Positions 13,750 to 25,700 of a stretch of DNA of 64,000 nucleotides are shown piece after piece. The number at the start of each line of letters is the position of its first letter. Position 1 is the first letter of the stretch. The position numbers and the translations under genes were made by a program. The notes below the pieces were generated by a model. The model ran no database searches and had not been told where the DNA came from. It saw only the letters and a program-made list of their open reading frames with translations. Origin of the DNA: Phoronis australis (taxonomy: Eukaryota; Animalia; Phoronida); the NCBI GenBank assembly GCA_002633005.1, contig NMRA01000344.1, forward strand, positions 99,008-163,007, in the 5' to 3' direction.

Positions 13750-16700
13750 AATACGTATTACACACGTTTACATTTAAGAACTCTCTGGAACACATTTTGA
13801 CCAATCAAAGTCATAACTCTAGTAGCCGCAATGCCAATTGACATTATTTAACACCAGGGGCCTGTTCCAAGAAACTGACTTAAGTTCAATTTTTACTTAA
13901 GTTTAAAATTTGTCTTAACTTCCAAACTTTGAAACTTCCACGTTAGGCAAGTAAGTCAAAATTAAGATAAAACTTATGTCAAACACTTAAAACAAACTTA
14001 AGATATCTTTCTTGAATTGGTTTTGAGACAAATTTAACTTTTATTTTAAAATTTACAAAAAATTAAGATTTGTCTTAGCTAAGTCATTTTTGTTGGAACG
14101 GGTCCCAGTTCTCTATAGTTTGGGATAGTGAATATGCATGCCAGGTTACGTGAAAAAGACAGGGAGCGAATACTTCCTTTATTTCTTGTAAAAACCGTCA
14201 AGGTCGAACTCTCCAAAACGTTCAAGCAAAGCGAGCGTAAAATATGTGAAGATTAAGGGCTTCAGTCTGGGTGCCTTCAAACTGAGGTTACTTGGATTTT
14301 ATGTGACAACAGTGCCCTATACTAGGTAATAACATAAACATGCCAAGCATTAGGTGTATGAATGATATAATGAGTTATTTTTGACAACGACGGGCCATAA
14401 AAAACCTGACATCGCTTATTCAACATGATGTGCAAGCATTGAATTAATTCATAAATGAGGCCAAAGCGGCTGCCAATAACGACGTTAGCCAAAGATTTGT
14501 GAACAGCGCACACGAGCAGTCGTAAAAAGCTACGCTTTGGTTGCGGATTAGTTTAGCATTCGACAATTAAAGAACTTAGATGGCCACGAAATATGTCCAC
14601 TTTTGTCCTTACGCGTAGTAAATCTCCCAATCCATCAGACATTTATCTTGAGAGCAATTGCAGGCAGGGGTATCGTCTTCAAATCCCAACTTTTGTCCAA
14701 TCTCATGGGCCACAATTTTGGCAGTCAGTTCTAAATTCTCTGCAATGTCCTGAAATTGTCGGAAGTTTTCGGTACACGAGTAGAGAATCTGGGAAAGTAA
14801 AGACGATTAAAGAGAAAGGGAAAAACAACGTATTTAATAAATATGTGCCACTTAGAAATTCGCAGATCAAAGAAAACATTTTGCAGACATTCTTCCTCGC
14901 TCTCTGGTGCCCAATTTAAGGGTGTTCGTTTATCGTAACTACCACGTTGTATATCTGTTCTCATGCACGTGCACACGAACAGTTACTTCAATGAAAATGT
15001 GGATCAAAAATGTACTTGTTTTTGATGTTCAGAGAATGTCGACACATTTAAACTTGCATTTCACCCCTGTTTAGTTGACAAAAAAGCGAAATTCGAATTT
15101 TGTCGTGTGCTCACATGATATTGTTCTCATAACATTTGCCACTGTAATTGCATTCCATTTCTTTTAACAAATAAGGTTTCGGTCAATGGGTGCAAGCGCC
15201 GTTTTCGAATGGGCAAATTTAGGACTGGTCAACCGCAAAAGTTCTGCTTGAATCGCTGATGATTTTCATGTTCTTGTCGTTATGGGAAATAGAATTCTAT
15301 TACTGTGATTTTTAATAAAGGTCCAACTAAAGAGGCGGTTATGTGTTATATGATTCTAAGCACCTGGAATCCATGCTCTCTGTGAGTAAAAAATGTAGCT
15401 CATTTTCAACAAAGTAACTTTAAAATAAGATCGAAGGATATGATAAAAGAAAGTTCGTTAGACCATGCATGTTCTGTGACGAAAAACAAATATCTCACCG
15501 TGAGAGAGAAAGATATGTACGTTGTTCAGATTCAATGCTTTGAAACCCATAACCCTTGAGATTGAAGTGTAAGGTGCAGAACGTTTGCACTTAACACGAT
15601 CGCTCCCACCGAATGATTGAACACGCAAACACTTAACGCGGTGGCTCCCACCAAATGGCTGAATATGCAAACACTGACCATGGTTGCTCCCACCGAATAT
15701 CTGAATAGGCAAATACTTACGACGGTCGCTCACACCCAATGACTGAATACGCAAAACTAATCACGGTGTCTCCCACCGCATGACTGAAAATTCAAAGTTA
15801 CACTTACCACGGTGGCTTACACCTTATGACTAAATAGGATAACACTTACTTTGGTCACTTCCACGGAATGAGTAGGAACGCAAATCGTGCCGAAGTATGA
15901 ATTTAACTTGCTGGTTAAGAAGGTAAACATTTTTCGCCTGAAAACAGTATTAACCATGTTATATACTGAGTATCCTCTGATAATCGATGATGGCCTCTGA
16001 ATGCCCTACGCTGAAAACGGATTGTTTTAAAACCTCCTCGACCCACGACCCCTCGGCCCACAGCCCACGACCCCCTGACCAATGACCCACAACCTCCTCG
16101 ACCCAGTTTACACAAGCCCGACTCGATCTGAATCGCAGGACCAGTGAGTTAGGCCATGAGCTCGGCTGGCTTTTCCCTGTTTTTTTGCATTTAAGCGAGT
16201 CAATTAGGCAAGCTTGAAAGCAAAGAAACAGAAAAAGCAACGTGACCAAATCAGAACAAAGACCTACAAACGTTACAAATGTCGTTCAAGGTCGTTCTGC
16301 TCTCCAATGAATGTCAGATTCTACGTCTTTTGCGGTGAGTGCGATGAACCGACAAATTGTAATTTCAACAGTAAATACAGTTTGAAAAAACAAACTGTGA
16401 AATGGAGTATATTGTAAACGACCAAATAATAAAAATGTGAAATTATATACATTCACGTTAACGTGCACTTTCCCTAAGTTTAGTCGTAGAACTATTTCCG
16501 TGACAACGATAGCGCCCTGACAATGCGCTATTTCACATTCACGTTCTCACGGCGCTTTCTGTTATTAGTCACCAGACTTGAGTCACATCAGACTCGCGGT
16601 AAAGTCACTCAGCGACGTAATAAGATTATGAAATATGTAAAAATCGCAAAAAACTCGTTTACCACAGGTGGTGGGTCGAGGAATGTGGGGGTCGAGGGGG

Positions 16701-19700
16701 TTTTAGAACAACCCACTGAAAACTCTACAGCGCGTTGCAGTAGGGTCATCTACATGTACCGTTCGTGATAAAAATTCTTTCAACATTGAAGCATAACATC
16801 CGGAAGTCATGTCTAGCAAGAAACAACTTGAGAGGTACTGGTAAGTGACTTTCTAGAAAGTCATGGTTAAAAAAGATGAGAGATCAAGCAGTTTTCAGTT
16901 CAATTATAGTAGGCTTTGTGATTTCAAATGGGTGGTTTTTCCTCAACCAATCGATAGTACATAATACTTGCAAATTTAGCGAACTTATTATTTATTAATG
17001 CACACAATACGAGATCTCCTTTTACTTCAACGTCAGTGTTAAGCTACCACTCCAGTAACACTTAATACAAAGTTTCCTCCTGTACCACCTTTTGGACTTT
17101 CCAGAACGTGAACAGTATATGGGCTAAAACTAAAACATATTATAGCCGTGCGGAGAATACAAAACAGACTGGAAATTTGCGAAATATTACGTTAATAGTA
17201 CAGTAGTGTCGCTCTTGAAAAACGGTCTGATCTGCTTTGTCTGATAAGCCCTAAGTGCTTTCAGTGATTCGAGTTCGTTGTCTGTCATATTAATGCGATC
17301 GCCCGCCGACCATATCTCCACCCCCGTCAAGGCGATAAAGACTCTCAGGTTGCTGAAGGCCTGCATACACAAACACTCAAGTTAGAATTTAAAAGTCTCT
17401 TGCAATTTCATCCCCAAATGCGGAATAAAATTGTAAGGACCATTCTGATTTAGCGATATCGGTATTTCGTGGATGTGTCAATTTGCAACCGTACATGAAG
17501 TGTCCTCGAAGTGGAACGAGGCGGAAGTGCGGCGTAGACTTTTGGTGCCCATGCCATATTTTTCAAATTTTAGCTCTGGAAACAGTAAATGGTGGGGATC
17601 GGCCTTTCTGCTGTTGAGAGGTTTTGAGAAATCCCAGAGTTTGGCAAGGAGTGCAGATGTCACCGGAAACCGATCAGAATTAGTGATTTATACTGATATT
17701 CATATTCGGAATGTTTGATTAAAATGTATTGATTAGTTCACTCCAGATTAGTTGAGCATAGCTAGAAAATGCAACGAAGTTATGATAAAGACAATTAAGC
17801 ATGGCTCCGCCAGAAGGAGGGTGCTCAAAAAATCTCCTCAGATGCGCAAAATATTACCAAACAGAGCAATTAGTGGCAATTCTTCCACTGTGGATGTGAA
17901 AGACGGAGCCTCAGATGAGAATGGTTTTCACAAAAATGGCAGTCACAGTACCATCTTGGGTCAGATTTCACACAAAAACCCAAAGTTTTCCAGCTATTGA
18001 CGAGATAAAAATTGTAGGTAAATTTCATGTCGATGCGACCTGAAGCACAGGCATGAAATTCGAACAAACGTTGCGATGAGTGAGTCAATAAGACAACAGT
18101 CAGCGGATCAGTAAACCTCGAATATCTTGGGAACAGCTAGTCAGACCCAGAAGAAGATTTCAAAATGGACACAACGCCTGACAGACCAAATTTCATCCAG
18201 TTTCGTCAAGAGATGCCTCTGCCCGGTTGCATGAAACAGTCCCAAATAGGGACTAAACTAAGTTCCCCAAATCTAGTGTGTATTTGTGTACTTGTGAAAA
18301 CTCTAATTGTCCTTTCTTCTGCTGTTTTAGTTTCATTAGTTAGTCAATTTTTGGCTTTGATGAAAAATCGAGAGGGAACTCAACATTGAATTCGCAATGT
18401 TGTGTAAACTATTTAGGGATATTTTCATGTAATATTCCTAACTTAAGGACTTTGTCCGCATTTATTTTCATTGAATTTAGGGCTCAATTTTTAGTTATAT
18501 TACTAGAAATTGTCATAAGGAGGTCATAAAAAAGACGAAGTGATAGAAAAATATTACATGTTTGAGTAAACAAAGACACAGATAGACTACAGATTTAGGG
18601 AACTTAGATTACTCCCTATTTGGGACTGTTTCATGCAACCAAGCACAGAGATATGACACAAAAACTTAATCAATTAGCGGGAAGTTATCGGAAAATCTTG
18701 ACTATATCGAAACTGATAGATTGTAGCGAAGAACAGATGTCACGGGAATTTTGGCGCTTGATGTTGACGATATATATCTACCTTAGACAGTTCAGAGAAA
18801 TCCTCCGAGTGATCGCAGGACTATAGCTTCGAGAAACTTAAAATGGCCGCCACAACCCATCGTGAGTCTGATGTCAAACAAAAACCAATAGGCTTCGAGC
18901 AATTTACAAAGCACGTATTGCGTATAGATATCATGCTGATCGGATAAGTAATGCAACCTGAAGCGTGCGTACGAAAAGCTTGATCACAAAGTAAAATACA
19001 TGAAGAAATTTCCGTTCTCCAAGTGCTAAAAGGGTCATACGGGGCGCAACGTGGGTCATGTCCGCTTAAAACTTAGCAGCCGATGTCTTCTTTGTCAAAT
19101 TTCATGACTAGTCATTACAGAACTTGTCAGATACCAAAGCAAGCGCTTAGAAAATGAAAGTCGCCACTAGAGGATTCCACAGTTGTAGAATTTGTCTCCT
19201 CAAAATTCCCGACAGTTGTACTCTCTTAAATAAACAGAAACACGTGGATAACAAGAACCTTACAAGAGGTCGAAATAAGAGAAACGGCCTTGAGTTCAAA
19301 AAAGAAGACAAAACTGTCACTTGGAAACGCCACAGTGCTCGTAGTCGACCAAAAACTAGTCTGCTGTGCTCTTCTCAGAAGGAGCACGTCTGCCAAACTT
19401 CGTAATACTTGGCGCACGCCAAGAACACTCAAACAAAGTTTCTGACGAAAAATGCGTTACACACATTCATAAAACAAGAAGGCCAAGATGTTTTTAAATA
19501 GATACTTGTACTTGAAAAAATTCATGAAGATCTACCTCGTGACAATCGAGGATACAGAGAAAAAACGCAAAAACTAAATTTGCCAAAAAAGAGCAAGAGA
19601 TTTAGGAGACACAGAAAATATAGAAGCTAACGCAAAAATTGAAATTTTCCCGTACGGAACAATAGCAGTCGTCGTCCGATCGTGAATTCGACCGTGTGGT

Positions 19701-22700
19701 TCCATTCGTAATAGGAACATGCTGTGCAGTTTAACAAACATCCACCAGTACTTTCGAAGTAGAGCAGCGGGCGCAGTAAGTCAGTTACCGAACCCAAACG
19801 CACGCTAACCAGACGCCGGACGAACGCCGGACGGACGCAGGAAAGAAGAGATAATCAACCCACATGAATATTGGTGGCTGCATGAGAATGGCCCGTCCGT
19901 CACATCACAATGCCAAACTTCTCATATCCTGTTCCATGTTTCCATTTGTTTTGTTCATCCTTCCGGCCTGAAAACCTGTTCTTCCCTTCAACATTCATTG
20001 CTTCCCATTGCGTTAACAAGCGGATAAACATTTTCAACAATTTAAAATAAATAAACATCGCATCATTCAGATGTATGTTTTGTCGCCACATTCATGCTTT
20101 TTGGGATACTTAATACATATTTGTGACTTTGACTTGAAGTTTGGACTCTATTTTGCAAACAGCGGAGGTTACATGATACTACAAGGATCACGGCTCTGTG
20201 GAGCGACATATACGTGTTTTTACTCACGCCGCCAACAAGGTTAGATATCTCCAGCAGTCTTTGAGTTACGTCATGGCGGTTGCTACCCATGTTTTTATAC
20301 TGGAAATAACGATAAAATATTATTCATTTTTCTCCTAATTGGTATTTAAAGCCACATTTTCTTTTACATCCACCAGTTTAGAACGCATGGCAAGTTTCGA
20401 AAGTCAAAAGTTACCAATAAAGTGTAATCGCTATTTGAGTTAGCGCTATTTTAAAGTATTTTTCAATAGTGGTCGAGGTTTCCGCGGAAATCTCCTTACA
20501 TACGGCAGTAGTCGAGGGACTACCCATAATGCGTGAGTCAGCCGTTACTCCTGAGGGGATGCATCACCAATAAATCAAACTAAAAATCACTTGCTATTCA
20601 GTTAAGTTTGAAAACATTTGAAGACGTGTTGACGGAACATGATTTGGGTTTTAGTTTCGATTGAACTAACTTGGGTCAAAATGCATTTTATGAATCCCTT
20701 AACTGAACTGAAGCGACAGACTATCTTGACACCACCACTATGATACGAGTGAAGCTCCCTCGGACAAAGAGACACCAGACTTGGTCAGTGAGCCACAAAA
20801 CAGTGTTTTAGCTCAGAGGCATGACGGAAATTTAAATATTATAAAGCCTCTTATGAATTGTACATGAATTCAACTGAATAGCTAAATGGTTGTTTGATAA
20901 TACGGAGCAAGTAATTTTATTGAAATGATTTGTAAGACAATTTTAAATTGTATGTTTAACTCACGGGCATGCCTATGACCTACAATCGCGTGGGTTGTTT
21001 TAGAGCTTGAAGACGTTGACCAGACGTAAAGTATTGGTATTTAGGTTCTACACTGAAAAAGACGATTATTAAAGAAGTTGCCTAGCTACAAATAGCAGTT
21101 CTTACCATTGTGTTGTCAGCTATAAGAAAGAGTTCCACATAGCGATTTTTTCCCTTCGGATTGGCGGGTTCTTTAACTGAACGTCGCAGCTAAAAAAGCG
21201 AGATTCTCTACGTAAAACAACAATTGGAATATTTCTGCACTTTTTTCGTTTTTCAGTATGCAACTTGCAGTTTGACATGCAGGTCAAGTGAAAGTGAAAG
21301 TGTGCAAAAAGTTTGCCGTGCATAGGCGCGTATTTAAGCCCAACCATTTATAATCAGATGTGCGCCTATATCCGAAATTAGGCGTATGCGCCTACTGGTG
21401 AACCATTAGAAGTAAATCATACTTAAGCGCGATGTCGGAATGTAGGCGCTCCTCATCTATTTTTGTAGATTTTCAGTAATTTGACATGAAGTGAAGAATG
21501 TCACAATGAGTAGGTTCAGGTGTACTGCAAGTACAGGAACAGGAATTTCGTTTGTAGCTTGATTTCAAAACACGCAGTTTGTTTTTTTTTGCAGAAGTGT
21601 GTCGTGAGACCGCAAGGACTCCAACATTCTGTTGTCTGGTGACGAATTGCCTTATGTCCACCTGTTGACTTCTGTGAAAGAGGAAAGACAGCGCATCCGA
21701 AGCCACGTCAGAGACATGTTTACGAATTATTTTTTGACATTTTCCGTAGAAGTTTAACTAAGTTCAGATCATCAGATCATTGTCTATATTTTTAGCCGAG
21801 TAGATTTTGGTTTGTGCTCAATAGAATGTGGTCACCCTTTGACATCGAACTATTCACATAGTTCCAGGCTATATTTTCTCCGCCATATGTTTTGCATGCT
21901 GTGTGAATTCATTTGCTTGGTAATACAGCACAGTGGAAGTTGGGCAACTTCGAGTACTTGTAATAAAGGTGGAATTTTATAAAATCTTGATCGTCAATTT
22001 ATCCTAATGCTACAGCCAAAACGAACCTAATAAACCAATACGTCAACTGCCTGTATTTCAACAAATAAGTGACAGCCAACTACGTTTGTTGTTTACAGCG
22101 TTGTTCAATTCCTCTAACATGGAGACGTCTGATATTATCCAACACTAAGCCCTAAATATGTTTCTCGGTGGCCAGTGTGTCTCATTGACGTCCCGATAAG
22201 TCTATGTGACACGCGTGTAGCCAAGGGCACTTGTACTAGATTACAATGTACACAGAACACATCCGTTAACGTAGCCGGGCTTACCCTGTCGTTAACCTCG
22301 CTATGGATATCATCGCGAAGTCCGCTGCCGATCGGAGTGCCGTCGTTCAAACTGTCAGGTGTTTTACCTCGCGCTGTTCTATAAACATAATGTTCCCCCT
22401 TTGACAAGTGTGATGGTTCTAGGAAGAAAGTATCGGCACTGTTGATCATCCCTCTGGAAAAGAAAGATGATATATCATAATACACTTGGATTTGGAGATT
22501 GTTCTAAAACCCCTTAACGCCCTCGACCCCCAAACTCCACGAACCCCGCGACCCACGGCAATAGTGAGGGAAGGGCGACACAAACGGGCGGATGTGGCAC
22601 AAAATCAATGACGACTCAGGGAAAGGAAGCGTCTAATTAATGGATGTTGAAAGGGAGGTGCGAAATCATTGACGACCGAGAAGTGGCAACACCGTCATCC

Positions 22701-25700
22701 GCTTTCGATTTCGTTAGGTGACTAGCGGACACAGATCACTGCCATGTTTTGAAAGGTCTATGAGCACATCTGATATTCCCATGTATTCTTGTGGTCGGAG
22801 AGTGGCTAATACGTATGTCATTTCAAAAGAATTTTATCAAAAAGTGGTTCCAAAATATTTCTGGCGCACCAATTAAACTAAGATGAAAAGTATTCCATCT
22901 CCAAAACCGCGGGAACTGTTAAAAATCATGTAAAATGCCATCTAATTGGAACTGTTTCGTCAATTCTATGAAGCTCATCTGCGTTGAAAGTAAAATTGCA
23001 AAATTCACCAAATACCAAGAAAAGTCATTCACGTCTGTGATATACAGCAATTGCTTACGAAATAAAGCTTTACTATATGGTATACTTAATGATCTAAACT
23101 GACCCTCATTATCATCAGGCGCGTTTAAAATGAAAATTAAAACGTGAATAATTCCTACATTAAACAAATACAGTTTTCATAGTACACGTTATGACCGAAA
23201 GAAAAGCTCGTAGTGATCAAGCTTTGAACACGTGCAGCGGTCCAAGTGAGTTGTATTCTTACGCTGTTCACTTTCCGTAACCTTTTCCATTGGCCAAGAG
23301 GCGGACAGACGTTCATTCCAATCTATGTCAGACAAATTGCCTTGGACATGAGCAATGATGTCAGAAGCAAGGTACAAGACTTAAGCAAAGTCTGTTCAAC
23401 CAGTAACACGAGCACTGCAGGCTACTTCCGTTGCTTCACTTGATAACACTGTCAAACTTAGGGTTTGAAGAACAGGCGCTATTCGTTTTTATAACAATCA
23501 ACCAAAGTGAACGAAACAAAACTTTTAAATTAATTAATCAAACCACTTTCAAAAAGGAAATATTATCCTTCGAGGTAATAAATGGTTAATGTAGACTAAC
23601 CTCAGACCTAGACATGTGCTCAATGCAACGCTTGAGTTGGGTTCATTGCGAACGCGGCCTTGGTAGTAGCAATTGTGAAGGCTCTGGAATAGAGGAAATC
23701 CGAGAAGAAAACAATAGACATTTGTTTTAAGCTAGGCATGACAGTTTTGTGAATGACAAATGGATCTTCGGGAATTGAAATTAACACATGCAGTGCAGTA
23801 TACAAGATACAATGATACAGAGCCCACTCATAGATTGCGGCAGACCATTGACAAGAAAAGACTCATTCTTACGAGTTGACCGATTCAAGCAGTGAAGTGT
23901 AATTGTTTGCCGAAATACTGTAATATTTGGCAACAGAATTGGGGCTCCAAGAAGCTCATTTCATTTGCGCAAATGACAGTTTTTTATTATTAATGTTTAT
24001 TACGAAAACTTCAGAATACAATGAATTACATAACCCAGAAAGCGCCAAGAGGCATTATATCTGGGTTAAAAATACAAAGAAGTCTATGCACAATTATTAT
24101 ACACGAATACATAAATTAAAAAACTGATGTTAAGATTACAATGATATATGATTACGAATGTAAACAAATCATTTTCATACACATGTATACAATTCTATCC
24201 ACTCACAAAAAAGATTTAATATTATAAAGAAATTGTGATACTATTTCAAATAAAACCTTATTTTCGTTTGGGTTGAGTTCTTGACATCCATATAGAAAAA
24301 ATTAATTTTGTTGTACAATTGCGGAATTTCAGAATATTTTTGTAAACATTGGGGTATTGTTCGAGTGTCTGGAAAAGCTGTACCCTCTGCTCCTTGCATA
24401 CGTCACAAGCAAAGAAAACATGAGGATATGTCTGGGTGTCTCCACGGGAACACAGAGGCGAAATATTCTTAAAATTATGTCTAAATTTCTCGTTGTATAG
24501 GAATAGACCGCATGTTGATCTGTATAAGGTTATTTCATGGTTGCAAGGAAGTTGGAATGATGTCAATGGGACTGGCAAGTCTTGATTAGTGGTCTGCATT
24601 TTAAAGTTATTTTGAGAGTGACGATTGAAGTGCTTTCTTTTATTTTGGATGGTAAGGAATTCCAGTTGTCAATACAAGTTAATATCGTTAACCTCCTGAA
24701 GGCTTGGCTGAGGGAAGATCGAATAGTGTGCATATTACTTTGCCACAGTCCTGGTCTTGTGTTTGGTCTTTTGTAAGAATCAAAGAGGATTTTGTTTGAA
24801 TATTTGTTTATGTTGGTTAAGACTTTGAATGTATACATGGACAGGTAGAGTTTACGACGGGTTGCTAGTTTGCTCCAGTTGAGACTATTTAGAGCCTTGA
24901 CTGTATTGGACCCTTTGTGTGTCCCAGTTATGGCTAAAGCTGCTTGGTGTTGTAGTCTTTCTAATTGAAGAAGTATGCCTGCGTTTGCCGATTGGGAGGT
25001 TATGTCATAGTAATCTAGATGTGGAAGTACAAAAGACTTGAACAGAGTTTCCAGCTGCATGGAGTTGATATGACGAGAGATAATTCTAATTGGATTAATT
25101 AATTTTTGTACTTTTTGAACGAGTTCGCGACAATGAGGAGTAAATGTAAGCTTATGGTCTAGTAGCAAGCCAAGATGTTTGTGCGTGAATTTATTGGGAA
25201 TAACTTCCCCATTAAGTGATAATTCCACCATTGGATTTGTTTTGAAATAATGAGTATTATTAGACTTAGAAAATATAATATCAACACTTTTTTCAGGTTT
25301 AAATTTCATCTTCCATTTGTAAGACCAGTCATAGAGTTTGTTCAGGTCAGTTTGCAATTGTAAGGAGTCGTGGGGATGCTCTTTTAAGAATGAGTAGAAA
25401 ATTGCAGTGTCATCAGCATATAAGAATGTTTTAGAGTTTATGTGTCTGGAAGATCATTGATGTACAGTAAAAAAGAGTAAGGGGCCTAGTACACTACCCT
25501 GTGGCGCAAATGACGATGCGAACACTTAATTTCTCCGTCGCAATTTGACTGCAACTGGAAATATCATGAATCCAGATGTGGTCTAGCATCTCCGTAAGAC
25601 GCGCTGCCGTTCACATTCGTACTTCAAAGTTGAATAATTGTTGGATGCCGTTAACGATAACAGAATCACTGCCATCGGTGAAACGTTAGGAAGGTGCATT

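Noticed and set aside
16760-17125. Alternative candidates for ADAM exon 9
   Set aside because: Wrong phase or in-frame stops; 15850-15937 fits both phase and family motif.
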